Source of the DNA: Felis catus
Taxonomy: Eukaryota
NCBI RefSeq assembly: GCF_018350175.1
Contig: NC_058370.1
Location: 26,040,001 to 26,104,000, forward strand
DNA: 64,000 nt
Direction of reading: 5' to 3'
The position numbers were made by a program, and so were the translations under genes. This document shows positions 26,101-36,500 of the stretch, one piece after another. Positions within the stretch are counted from its first letter, which is position 1, and each line of letters begins with the position of its first letter. Under the pieces are notes generated by a model. It ran no database searches. It saw only the letters and a program-made list of their open reading frames with translations, and was not told the DNA's origin.

Positions 26101-29100
26101 GCACTTTAGGATGGCAGGGGAATGAACGGCCAGGAAAGAGTCAAGCCGCAGACATGCTCAGGGGACACAGCTCAAGAGCCAGCCTGGCTTGACAAAGGGC
26201 TCTGGGGGCTGAGGGGAAGGGAGGCATAGTGGGAGGGAAGAGAGAAAAGAAAAATGGAAGCAGAATGCAGAACCTGCAGTATTTCACCGGGGAGTCTGAG
26301 CAGGATGAGGGGCAATTGTGGAAATTCATCAGCGTACGTGGAGGGAAGATTGAAGACTGGCCAACAGAGTCCCAACCTAAACTGTGTTGGCGACAACTCA
26401 GATTTAAAAACCAAAGGAGAGATAACAGCCAAAGGAAAGGAGATGTGGAAGCCAAGAACCAGGGTAACTGAGGGAAATGCCAGGAACATTTCCAGGAAAG
26501 GAAGCAAGTAGGGAAAGTGGCTTCATGCCAATGACGTTGGGCTGTCCAATTAGAAATGAAAAACAAATACCTGGAGATATGAGGCCTGAAACTGAGAATT
26601 GGCTACACTTAAGGGATAGAAAGAGGAGGGGAAACACACAAAAGACAGGAGGAAGGGATGCCACAGACGGGACCAAGATGGTAAGAAAAAGACAAGGCCA
26701 CTGAACAGGGCCATTTAAAGGTCACCGAGGAAAAAAGCTGCAGAAGTGTATTTAGAAGTCCACTTCTGTCAAGAATATTAGGTATGTATATGTTGGCACA
26801 TGCACAGAAAAAGAGTCTGGAAAAATATACTCCAAATTTAATGGTGGTTACCTCTGGCAGGTGGGTTATGGACGATTTCTGTAGTCTAAATCATGCATTT
26901 CTCTATTTTTAATTCAAAAAATTTCACAGCAATCTTTAGGATTTATTGCAGTGGAGTGGGTCAAGTGGTGGATAGTGATTTACGTGACTCATCTGTGAAA
27001 GACCACTGGAGTGGAGTAGGAGTGGTTGCTGCAGCATTTTTGATAGTGACAAAAAAATAAGGTGAGTGGCTATGGAAGAGGCATGGCTGAGTAAATCCAT
27101 ACACCTGCACTCAGAACATTCCCAACGTACTCACAAGGATGAATCTGGCCTTCAGCAGACAACCAGCAGGGATTTCCATGAGGTACTAATAAGTAAGATG
27201 CAAAAAACAGAACACACAATGCCACTTTTTATAAAAGAATGACAAATAGGTATGTATTTACACATACAAGAACACGTGTTGATGTATATACACACATTTG
27301 TAAAGAACTACCCTTAACAGTTTGGGACCGAGGGCAAAAGAACAAATATAGGTCCACATAGCAAGTCTTTTTAAGTGCTTATAAATCAAGTTACTGTACT
27401 ACCTTCATAACACCCTGGCAAACCTGGTTCAAATTTAGAATTCTTCCTCAAGAAACTAAAAATAGAACTACCCTACAACCCAGCAATTGTACTATTAGGT
27501 GTTTACCCAAAGGATACAAAAATATAGATTCAAAGAGATACATGCACCCTGATGTTTATAGCAGCATTATCAACAATAACCAAACTATGGAGAGAGCCCA
27601 AATGTCCACNNNNNNNNNNNNNNNNNNNNNNNNNNNNNNNNNNNNNNNNNNNNNNNNNNNNNNNNNNNNNNNNNNNNNNNNNNNNNNNNNNNNNNNNNNN
27701 NNNNNNNNNNNNNNNNNNNNNNNNNNNNNNNNNNNNNNNNNNNNNNNNNNNNNNNNNNNNNNNNNNNNNNNNNNGAGCTAGAATGTATCATGCTAAGTAA
27801 AATAAGTCAATCAGAGAAAGACAAATACCGTATGGTAACATTCATATCTGGAATTAAAGAAACAAGACAGACCAACATATGGGAAGGGGGAGAGAAGAGA
27901 GGGAAACAAACCACAAGAGACTCTTAATGATAGAGAACAAACTATGGGTTGAGAGGGAGGTGAGTGGGAGATGGGCTAGATGGATGACAGGCATTAAGGA
28001 GAGCATTTGTTGTGATGATGAGCATGGGGTGTTGTATGTAAGTGATGAATCACTGAATTCTACTCCTGAAACCAAAATTGCACTGTATGTTAACTAAAAT
28101 TTAAGTTAAAAAAAAAAAAAAGAAATTAGAATTCTTTAATTCCTCAGCTAAGTGCCAGAATGTGGCCATGTGGAGACAGCCAGCCTCCAAGACCTCTGTG
28201 CACCTGCCATGCCCAACCCATCCTGACAAGGGGCTTCTGCATGGTGGCATGTGGGACGGACACCTCACCACTACTGCTCCACGGTTACTTTAAACCTAGG
28301 GGGCTGCCTTCAAAAGTGATGCACTGGGGAACAGGCCCACAAAGAATCAGATTCAAAGCACTTTGGGCAGAGAATTCCAGTATTTAGAGCTGGGGGGCTG
28401 AGGGGGCTCTAAGGGCCATGAATAGGTCCACTGGTGAAATGTGAACATTTGAAATCTGAACACTATCTATATTCTTAGATAATGACCAAGTTAATGTTGT
28501 TTCCTGCTTTTGACTACTGTACTGTGGTTATAAAAGAGAATGTCCTTGTTCTTAGGAACTACACATTTGAGTATAGTATAAGGGGCACAGTGTAATTTAT
28601 TCTCAAATGTTCAACAAACATATACAATAATAAAGCAAAATGTTCACAGTCTGGACAAAGGGGGAGTTCTTGATACCATTCTTCTAACTATTTAAGTATT
28701 TTTAATTATTTCAAATTACTAAAAGTTTCATAAGAGAAAAGTATGTGTCTGACCAAAACACACTCTTCTGTGTATGTTTGTGGACGGAAACAAGGGGAAA
28801 ACACTGGCTGAAGGCAAGAGACCTCGAAGAGAAAAGGTCAAGGGTAAGACTAAGAAGCAGAGAGAAGTACTAGTCCTCTAATACTGGAGGAAGAAAAATC
28901 GAGATGGAGAATTTTCTATTTGGAATTAGAGAACAGCTATGATCAGGAAAAGCCATCCCCACAACTACGCCCTCACAGTTACCTGTTCTAGGGCAAGTGG
29001 CGGGGTGGGGCACAGCACACGCCTGGAAACGAAGAGAGGATGGAGTAGCCACTAGGGGAGGGGAGGGAAGAGAAACATTGGTTTGCTGAATTCGTTTTTA

Positions 29101-29286
29101 ATTCATAGGGGCAGAGGCACCTGGGCAGCTCAGCCGGTTGGGTTGAGTGTCTGACTCTTAATTTCTGCTTAGGTCATGATCCCAGGGTTGTGGGATCAAG
29201 CCCTGCATCAGGCTCCACACTGAGCATGGAGCCTGTTTGGGATTCTCTCTCTCTCTCCCTCTGTCCCTTTCTCCTGCTCATGCTCT

Positions 29287-29317
<31 letters not shown>

Positions 29318-29559
29318 GGGACAGATGACTTAAAGCCAAAAGCAGTTACAGCTGCCCTGGAAACAGCTAGGAGATGCCCTCTTGTTCAGCTTTCAGTTGC
29401 TGGCAAACGCATCTTAGGGCCCAGGTGTCCGATCTTTGGGAGACAACTTCAGTCCCAAACCCTCACTCACCCTGACCCAATCTGTTCTCCCCAGGTAACC
29501 TTGCTGGCTATTTTTGACAGAGGTATATTGGTTTTCGACTTCCATTTCAACTGAGACAT
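2145..29559 (-). CDS. EFCAB8: EF-hand calcium-binding domain-containing protein 8, coding exons 1-11 (5' partial; continues beyond the left edge)
   Basis: Eleven GT-AG exons (89,52,154,119,104,136,106,85,125,74,131 nt) join in frame with no stop. Peptides such as LFLKVDTDCNGSITWQKYVDY, MWVIDMVCLHNMNL and GVFCYGDTKGNVIVFTS match human EFCAB8 as recalled. Position downstream of MAPRE1 matches the DNMT3B-MAPRE1-EFCAB8-SUN5 order. Confidence 0.93.
3228..3444 (+). mobile_element. Can-SINE inserted in the MER21-like LTR
   Basis: tRNA-derived head, (CT)n, A tail. Approximate TSD aa(a/g)tatgtatttg. Confidence 0.9.
3445..3652 (-). mobile_element. Can-SINE inserted in the A-tail of the previous SINE (tail-to-tail)
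   Basis: Full reverse-complement SINE ending caggtgcccc. Confidence 0.9.
4787..5016 (-). mobile_element. Can-SINE within an L2-like relic
   Basis: Reverse-complement SINE. Flanks share ggggatt. Confidence 0.85.
5377..5450 (-). CDS. EFCAB8: EFCAB8 exon 10 (DHWTNVSARKLLNEKSPLYRSYWLK)
   Basis: ctctcctaccag|AT acceptor, AAA|gtaagt donor, 74 nt. Not in the ORF track; found by manual translation. Confidence 0.9.
5573..5797 (+). mobile_element. Young SINEC_Fc-type SINE
   Basis: CpGs intact, gtcccaaaaataaataaacgttg tail, perfect 16-bp TSD AAAACTTTTCCATCCA. Confidence 0.93.
5994..6487 (-). mobile_element. Older Can-SINE (TSD AGGTGATTCTC) carrying a nested young plus-strand SINEC_Fc at 6050-6283
   Basis: Inner element flanked by TAAAGTTTATTTTGAG repeats (6033-6048, 6284-6299). 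Confidence 0.9.
8608..8732 (-). CDS. EFCAB8: EFCAB8 exon 9 (SDCHRGVFCYG...RTSKW)
   Basis: ccttcctcag|G acceptor, weak donor G|gtagct, 125 nt. Phase fits exon 10. Confidence 0.9.
9271..9355 (-). CDS. EFCAB8: EFCAB8 exon 8 (EFFDISNHN...TIDYW)
   Basis: ctctcccccag|AG acceptor, TG|gtgagt donor, 85 nt. Confidence 0.93.
9574..9679 (-). CDS. EFCAB8: EFCAB8 exon 7 (LNQIQQ...STDQKI)
   Basis: ctggccag|CTT acceptor, TAG|gtgagt donor, 106 nt. Confidence 0.93.
10411..10636 (-). mobile_element. Can-SINE
   Basis: Full reverse-complement SINE ending caggcgcccc. Confidence 0.9.
12050..12190 (+). mobile_element. MIR relic; similar fragments near 9850, 15520, 18960, 24660, 35700, 55460, 57960, 58930, 62220
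   Basis: Core motif acagatgaggaaactgaggcacag. Confidence 0.7.
12660..12795 (-). CDS. EFCAB8: EFCAB8 exon 6 (NHGCEIVKV...LINSFR)
   Basis: ccttccacag|GAA acceptor, AGG|gtgagg donor, 136 nt. Confidence 0.93.
12873..12896 (+). repeat. (AC)12 microsatellite
   Basis: Read directly from the sequence. Confidence 0.95.
15119..15222 (-). CDS. EFCAB8: EFCAB8 exon 5 (QKYVDYVMREF...MRIIP)
   Basis: ggcag|CAG acceptor, CT|gtaagg donor, 104 nt. Confidence 0.92.
15921..16039 (-). CDS. EFCAB8: EFCAB8 exon 4 (EF-hand; ALGVKAFIK...DTDCNGSITW)
   Basis: tcttttgaag|CCC acceptor, TGG|gtgagg donor, 119 nt. Confidence 0.93.
17375..17597 (-). mobile_element. Can-SINE
   Basis: Full reverse-complement SINE. Confidence 0.9.
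18593..18812 (+). mobile_element. Can-SINE
   Basis: TSD AAAATCCAGTTTA. Confidence 0.9.
19919..20290. mobile_element. Plus-strand Can-SINE with expanded (CT)n (about 19919-20175), followed by a short minus-strand tRNA-like SINE (about 20180-20290)
   Basis: SINE heads at both outer ends, tails facing each other. Confidence 0.85.
20594..20718 (+). mobile_element. Short tRNA-like Can-SINE lacking the (CT)n segment
   Basis: gggcgcctggctggctcag...gagttcaagcccc, then A tail. Confidence 0.8.
22066..22618 (+). mobile_element. MLT1-family (ERVL-MaLR) solo LTR
   Basis: Starts tgtggcag, ends tgttacacagcaata...aca; internal aacaacctgagtgaactgga and gactcctgacccac.gaaactgtgagataat. Confidence 0.8.
22869..23022 (-). 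CDS. EFCAB8: EFCAB8 exon 3 (APTPGGFQK...FEEDVDSTG)
   Basis: ttgttccag|GCA acceptor, GAG|gtaaag donor, 154 nt. SITLSQ and KMEKVFEED motifs. Confidence 0.9.
25337..25388 (-). CDS. EFCAB8: EFCAB8 exon 2 (SKPVSSEDLRENSQSQK)
   Basis: ttattctag|GTC acceptor, AAG|gtaaga donor. Similar to the human N-terminus MSSEDLAEIPQLQK. Confidence 0.85.
27446..28125 (+). mobile_element. 5'-truncated carnivore L1 3' end (contains N-gap 27610-27774)
   Basis: L1 ORF2-end sequence (PMFIAALSTI-like), poly-A tail, TSD TTAGAATTCTT at 27435-27445 and 28126-28136. Confidence 0.9.
29115..29312 (+). mobile_element. Can-SINE in EFCAB8 intron 1
   Basis: SINE head and long A tail. Flanks share tcataggg. Confidence 0.88.
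29471..29559 (-). CDS. EFCAB8: EFCAB8 exon 1, coding part (MSQLKWKSKTNIPLSKIASKVTWGEQIGSG)
   Basis: ATG in gccaagATG context with an in-frame TGA 15 codons upstream. Strong donor AGG|GTGAGT. Phase 2 matches exon 2 exactly. Confidence 0.72.
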
Positions 29560-30000
29560 CTTGGCAGCTGTCCCCGAGTCCAAAGTAGCTCCTCTATGAA
29601 GTCATCGTGGAACTCCGAGGGCTTCCACCTGACCACCAGAGTCAGCTGGCCACGTTTAGAAAGAACCAGGAAGAGGAGACCATTCCATGTACAGAACACG
29701 AAATGGAACATCAGACTCCATCCCACAAACCATACCACACAGCCATCTGTCATCCAATGTGAGACATTCTTTTTATTGATAAAGTTGAACTTACAGCAAT
29801 GACAGGAGCTACAGCACACACAGCCAGGACGAGCATGAGTACAAAATGACCCATAGGACATACACACAGCACAGTGCCCACCTGTCACAGAAACTGTGGA
29901 AAACGCCAGGGAGCCTGATGATCAAGCAGGATTCACCAAAACCAAAAGGCCAACTGACCCCCACAGTTGGGACAGTGGAAGGCACAGCAGCTCTCTACGC
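29560..30000 (-). promoter_or_regulatory. Putative EFCAB8 5'UTR and proximal promoter
   Basis: Positional inference only: upstream of the start ATG. No CpG island; the TSS cannot be located from sequence. Confidence 0.35.
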
Positions 30001-30433
30001 TGTCCTCTGCATGAGCTCCAGTGCTTTGGAAAGAGGAAGGCCACAAGGGCATTATGGATGGGGGTCCTTCAGTCAGCCTGAGAGAGGCCTGGACTAGATG
30101 CAGCAGTGTTCAATCTTGGTCCAGGGCACAACACAACAGGGTGACTCGGCCAAAGGTAGATCTCGTGGGAAGATTCCACTCAGGGACATGGATGCCAGGT
30201 TTAAAGATACCCAGATAAATCGCATTTCATTACCGAGATGTTACCAAAATGTTACTTTACCACCAAACAAGATCTTCTCCCGAGACCTACGCCACAAAGA
30301 TAACACCAACAGACAAAAAGTCTGCTCCCATTTCATCAATAATGGAAACACAATTTTGTCACAACGGAGAACATCGAAAGTAAAGTGGTTCAATGAAAGG
30401 TCATAAAAGGTGCACGAGGTCTTTAAAATCAGT

Positions 30434-30472
30434 TTTATTGAATTAGATATTAATAAACTAAAAGGGTTTATT
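30434..30472 (-). terminator. Tandem AATAAA (30467-30472 and 30434-30439), candidate distal MAPRE1 poly(A) site
   Basis: Two hexamers 33 nt apart at the end of an AT/U-rich, UTR-like block, with U-rich sequence downstream. Confidence 0.6.
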
Positions 30473-31479
30473 GAAGAAAAAAAAAGAAAACATGGCTAAT
30501 GCCCCCACATTTAACTGCTTCCCACTCATTTTGGGGGGGATTTTCATTTTCCAGTCCAATGTCCCATTTCTACTCACAGTAGCTCCTGCACTTACCAATG
30601 TTTCCATATGGGACTAAAATACGCTAAATTTTGTCATAATAAATATATTTCTCCTTCCCTGGGAAGAAACAGGAGAAAAATGGAGAAATATTAAGATGAA
30701 TTTCTCTTTTTAGGTAAAGAAAGTTCAGAAAACTTCTACCTAAAAAGAGTAAAAATATGATCATCAGTAACTCAGGTTAAACAAAACAAAAGACCACACA
30801 AAACAAAGCAAAACCCAAAAAACCAAAAACAGAAATGGGAAGGAAGATGTTTAGAAGTAAAATCTTCTAGATCAATCTCTGCACAAAAACGAATTCTGGA
30901 AAAAGCTACCTGAGACTAGCTCGGGCATCCCCCGCCAATCCGAAGGAGACGGTGGTTCCCTACGGCAGAGATGCCAGGGTGCTGCCGGAAGGAGCAACTC
31001 CCGGGCCACCAGGGCTGCGGTGACGGACACAAGAACCCGCTGCAGGGGTGGTACCTCTGCTCCACTGAGTAGCGGTGTCAACACCGTCCTTCCAGCTCTA
31101 CCACTGTAGAGCTTCAAGACATCAAAACCTGTGTCCTAATTATGTGTGTCAATTATTCCTCGGCAGACCTTAAAACAAACAAAAACTTGCTTTCTTCTCT
31201 GCTTTATATAATTTGTCAACAATTTTCAGATACAACCTGATATCCAAGGAGAGAGGCTTTTCCTTTTCGAATGTGAATAAAGGAGAGGGAAGTCAGTGAC
31301 TGCTGGAACTGGAGGGGACCCTGAAGATTAGTATCAAGTTCAAGATCACACCTTAGTTGAGGTCAACGACTCTACCCACTCGCATGACATTTAAAACCAT
31401 GCTCTTCCTCTCCACACCAGTGCCAAACTCAGGTTCAAATGCCAGAGACTTCAAAGTACCATGATGCAAGAAAAAAGGC

Positions 31480-31521
31480 AGATTCTCAATGTGGTTCAGT
31501 AGATTCTCAATGTGGTTCAGT
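31480..31521 (+). repeat. Perfect 21-bp tandem duplication AGATTCTCAATGTGGTTCAGT x2
   Basis: Read directly from the sequence. Confidence 0.95.
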
Positions 31522-31745
31522 AACTACTTACCCACCTCCTCACCCAAAAAAGAAAAACACTCCTTAAAGACTGGGGGGGGGGGGGGGGATATTAAGTCAC
31601 AGAATTAGAAATTCTTAGGAAAATTGTTTTAATTATTTTTATTTCATTCGACATTATTTCTTCTCTCAGCCTTTAAAATTAATAGGGAGGGAGGTGCACA
31701 CAGAAGCAAGCTGGGATAGCCTAGAGTTACCTGTAAAAAACACAG

Positions 31746-31751
31746 TTTATT
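31746..31751 (-). terminator. Candidate intermediate AATAAA poly(A) signal
   Basis: Minus strand reads ggAATAAActgtgtttttt, i.e. AATAAA followed by a GU/U-rich tract. Confidence 0.45.
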
Positions 31752-32142
31752 CCATTCGACCATGCAGGATTTAAATTTCAAACTAAAAACAGCACTCATA
31801 TATAATCATACGTTTTAACTCTCACATCATTTTGTAGAAAAACATAAAATACAAAAAAAAAAAAAAAAAAAGGCGGATATTGGGTTAGAAACCTTTAGAA
31901 TGCTAAAATCCAAACGACCGTGAGGTGTGACAGACCTTAAAACCACTAGAACTACTTCAAAATCTATCAACGGCCCCAATGCAAAAAATGCAAATACGAA
32001 CACGATAAAACAACTGCCAAGACAGTGACAGAGGAAAGGAACCTGAAGGCAACTCGTGCCCGACTAGGATGAGCCATGGCAGGTCCTGGGTGTGGGCTGT
32101 TTAGATTCTTGTACTACACAGGGCAATTCAGGGACAGGCACA

Positions 32143-32577
32143 CAGCAGTCCCCCTTCAGCCAAGGTTCCCTCTCTGCAGCCCCCGCCACCCACAGTCAAC
32201 TGCGCCCTCCTCCTGACATACCCCCAGAAGGTCAACAGTAGCCTAATGCTACGTCACAGCCCCTGCGTCGTCCCCCTGACTTCATTTCACCACGTGGGCA
32301 GTTCATCATCTCACATCGTCACCAGAAGGGTAAGTACGGTACACAAAGACACTCCGAGACCACATACCTTTAACTTTTATTACAGCATACTTTTCCAACT
32401 GTTCTATTACTAGTTGTTGCTAATCTCTTACTGTGCCTAGTTTGTACATTATTCCATCATAAGTATACCTGTACAGGAAAAAAACATAGTATACATGGGG
32501 ATCAGTACTAGCCACGGTTTCAGGCAGCCCCTGGGGTCTTGGAAATGCATCCTCTGAGGACAAGGAGGGACCTGCTG
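32143..32577 (+). mobile_element. MER44/Tigger-type non-autonomous DNA transposon relic
   Basis: Imperfect terminal inverted repeats (cagcagtccccctt... and ...aaggagggacctgctg) followed by TA. Confidence 0.7.
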
Positions 32578-32746
32578 TATTACTGGCAAAGCTCTTCCTG
32601 CAGCTTGCAGTCAAACACGTGTTGTTGAACCACTTATTACTTCTGTCAAAGCTCCTTCTTTTAGAGTCAAAACTTGCATTAAAACACAGAAGTTGTACAC
32701 TTTAGAATTTCATTGTCAGTGAGATTTTTTTCAAGATTTCACATGC

Positions 32747-33561
32747 TGAAGACATCCAGATGGTCAACAGGCACATGAAAAGATGCTCAACGTCGCTCCT
32801 CATCAGAGAAATACAAATCAAAACCACACTGAGATACCACCTCACGCCAGTCAGAGTGGCCAAAATGAGCAAATCAGGAGACTACAGATGCTGGAGAGGA
32901 TGTGGAGAAACGGGAACCCCCTTGCACTGTTGGTGGGAATGCAAACCGGTGCAGCTGCTCTGGAAAACAGTGTAGAGGTTCCTCAAAAAATTAAAAATAG
33001 ATCTACCCTATGTCCCAGCAATAGCACTGCTAGGAACTTACCCAAGGGATACAGGAGTACTGATGCATAGGGGCACCTGTACCCCAATGTTTATAGCAGC
33101 ACTCTCAACAATAGCCAAATTATGGAAAGAGCCTAAATGTCCATCAACCGATGCATGGATAAAGAAACTGTGGTTTATATACACAATGGAATACTACGTG
33201 GCAATGAGAAAGAATGAAATATGGCCTTTTGTAGCAACGTGAATGGAACTGGAAAGTATTATGCTAAGTGAAATAAGTCATACAGAGAAAGACAGATACC
33301 ATATGTTTTCATTCTTATGTGGATCCTGAGAAACTTAACAGAAGGCCATGGGGAAGGAGAAGGAAAAAAAAAAAAAGAGAAAGGGAGGGAGGGAGGCAAA
33401 CCATAAGAGACTCTTAAAAACTGAGAACAAACTGAGGGTTGATGGGGGGTGGGAGGGAGAGGAGGGTGGGTGATGGGCACTGAGGAGGGCACCTGTTGGG
33501 ATGAGCACTGGGTGTTGTATGGAAACCAATTTGACAATAAATTTCATATTTAAAAAAAATA
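32747..33561 (+). mobile_element. 5'-truncated felid/carnivore L1 (ORF2 C-terminus plus 3'UTR)
   Basis: Encodes [19 protein letters not shown]...CWWECK, with two W->stop changes. 11-bp TSD ATTTCACATGC at 32736-32746 and 33562-33572. Confidence 0.93.
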
Positions 33562-36500
33562 ATTTCACATGCAAAATGTAGGCAGCTGATGCTGAGAAAC
33601 ATTGTGCTTTTCTCTGAACAAATCCTATCCTTCTCCTGATGAAAACTGGACTCCGGGGGCAATATCTGCCGGAACTTAGGCATTCTTCCATTCTTTTCTG
33701 CTCCAGTACCCTATCAGCTTTTTACAGACCTAAGTTAACTCTCTCCTGGCCCAGAAGAGATCTTGGGGAAACCATCCTTGCTCCACTCCTCACTGAGCCA
33801 GTGGAAAGCTCTGCTCTGCAGACCCGGGACGCAGGGCCCTGGAGAAGGGCTGTGGTCTCTCAGCTCCTGGTCCCTGGCCTCCTGGCCAAAGCACTGACTC
33901 CCTCATTCATTTTGGTAAAGGTCAGAGAAGGACTCTAGCCACACACTCCCTTTATATATTCAGTCTACCCACTTGTATGCTTGATCTTGGACTTAACTTT
34001 AATAGTCTACCCTGCAATTTGTGAATCATCCATTAAGGCTGAATCTTAGAAACACACCTCTGCCCCCACTGGAAACTAGTAAGAACCATCCAGCTCTGTT
34101 AGAACTTACGCAGATGGGCTGAATCACACCTACCAACTTCCCAAATCTCATTCTACAACCAGAACTGAAAGTTAAAGACATCAGTAAATGTAATAAATTC
34201 TTCTTCCTCCTCGTTCCTCATACCTGCATCCAGCCTATCCCCACCAACAATTCCTGCAGACTGGGAAAAACATTCAAAATAAACCAGGAAAAAGGAGGAT
34301 TTTTTTTTTTTTTTTTAATTTTTAAAGACAGACATCAGACAGAACTACAAACCAGTGACATCACTTAATCTCTCTCAATACCATCTACAAAGTTCTAAGC
34401 TTTGGCAGCTAACCTGGTTTGCTTACAAACAGTCACAGGACAAAGATTTGCCTCTCCCTACCTGCAGAAACTGGTCTGTGCAGGCTATTTTCATTTTACA
34501 TTTCAGAACCTCAAAGCCTCCAGTATAAATACAGGTTATTTAGATTTTAATTTTTATGGTCCTGACTTAAAGGTCTTGGATTAAGGGGCCTAAAAAAGCC
34601 AACTCTAAGGGTAGACCTGCTTATCTACATAACCAGTTTAACGACACTACCCTAACCACCTCAACTGAGCGCCTCTGTGTTCCAAGGACTAAGATAACAT
34701 TTCTTTCCAATTCAGATTTGGCCAAAAGGGAAACAGACCTACAACAGTTGTAACTGCGTAACAATCCGGCTGAAGTCATCTGGGTTAATGGTTCTAACCA
34801 CAGACAAGCTGCATGTGTTAAGTACAGAATCCCTCCATGGACTTTCTTTCAGACAAAAGACCCTGTACTCGGTTATATCCTCAAATGTTAAGACAGTAAG
34901 AAAAAATCAAGTATCAGAACTAAATATGAACTCATCTGGTCTTAAAATTTTATAACTGCAATGTGTGAATTCGAAAGTCTGACACAGTCCTAATTCTAAG
35001 TCAACACTGACCACAGGCTCGGGTTCAATGTGGTTCAACTTCCACTCTCTCTGCTGACACTGGTCAGATTTGGGTCACCCACACGCTACCTAGCAAGCTA
35101 ATCTGATTAGGTTCATCAGGCTTAAAGCCTAGGTTTTGTTTGTGGACTGTGGTGAACTGGGGTCAACATCACAAAAGGAGCTCCTCATACCAAACCTTAT
35201 AAAATCCTTACAGAAAAACTTCTCTAGAGTCACTCTGATTATAGCAAAAGAGAACTGCTTCCTTTCCCAAACCACATTACATTCTAGAGAGTACACCTTG
35301 AAGAAAATACAAATTTTTTAAATCCATGAATCTGAATGACTGAATCACCGAATGTTTATTTAAAAGAAAATAGTGAAATGTGTGTTTAGACTTCACTGTC
35401 ACTTGGGGAAAACAGGATCAAAATCACTGTCTGAAAACCTAAAGGAGCTGGACTCCTCAATACCACCACCAAGCTGAACAAGAAACAGTAAAAGAACTTG
35501 TTACTTACTTTACAAAGTATTCCAAGCCTATCTTAAGCAGTGCCCTCCTGGATTTTCAGGATACAAAACCCTCTCCAAGCTCTTCTCATCTAAAAATTCT
35601 AGAGAACGTGAGCCGGAGCTGAAGAACCTATGTAGGGCTTTCTTAGGTTGGGGCTGCTTTTTCTGTCCGCTCATTCTGATCCCAACAAGAGGCCGGTGAG
35701 GGAGGCATTTCGGCCAACCTCATCATCCCCATTTTGCAGGTCAGAACAAGAGAGATCCATTAACTCGGAAGTCACAAAGCTAAGAGGGGCCTGCAAGGAC
35801 TCAAACCTGATGTTCCCCCCTGTCAGAATTAGACTTGAACTTGCAGGCACATACGTAAGGCCAAAGTGCAAGTCTGAGGGCTGCATCAAACCCGGGTCAC
35901 CTGAGGTACACAGTAAGATTTTCAATCTTCCAACTCAGAATTTCTGGAGATGGACTTTAGAAACACGTTATGTCAGCCAAGTTTCTCAGATGATTCTGAA
36001 GCCCATCCGTTTGAGGACCACCAGCCTGAGTGAATCCTAAATCCAAATCCAGCCAGAGGACCCGTCTGTTTACCTATCCTCAAACAACACAGAACTTGCC
36101 AAGCAAACCAAGCAGCTTATTCAAGTTAACTGCACCAGTGACCTAACCTGAACCAGTCAGATCAAAAGACTTCATAGGCCTCAGCCGAAAGAACGAGGTC
36201 AAAAGACTTAGGTCAGAGGTGCAGGCAGTAGCAGCTTCACTCCTTCCAGGGTAACTTCTCAGTGCACCTTACCCAACAGTATCTTCACAAACTCTAAGCA
36301 TGCCTGGAGGCATCTTCTTGTAGATTACCAACACATGGGGTATCAAATTCCTTCTGAAGGCGCATACTCTTAACTTCTAGAGTAAGTAATATGGATTTAA
36401 CCCTACGCAAAATCATCAAGTTGGGTTTACAGAGCATCCATGATTGTGGCAGGCACCCTAAAGATCACACAGAAAATTACCTCCTACCCATTTATTTCAT

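Noticed and set aside
29596-29605. CRE-like TGAAGTCA near the EFCAB8 start, and a half RFX X-box (CCATGGTAAC) near 5352
   Set aside because: Imperfect short motifs expected by chance; cannot be supported without conservation or ChIP data.
30452-30457. Plus-strand AATAAA suggesting an antisense transcript end
   Set aside because: A single hexamer in AT-rich sequence with no plus-strand exon structure.
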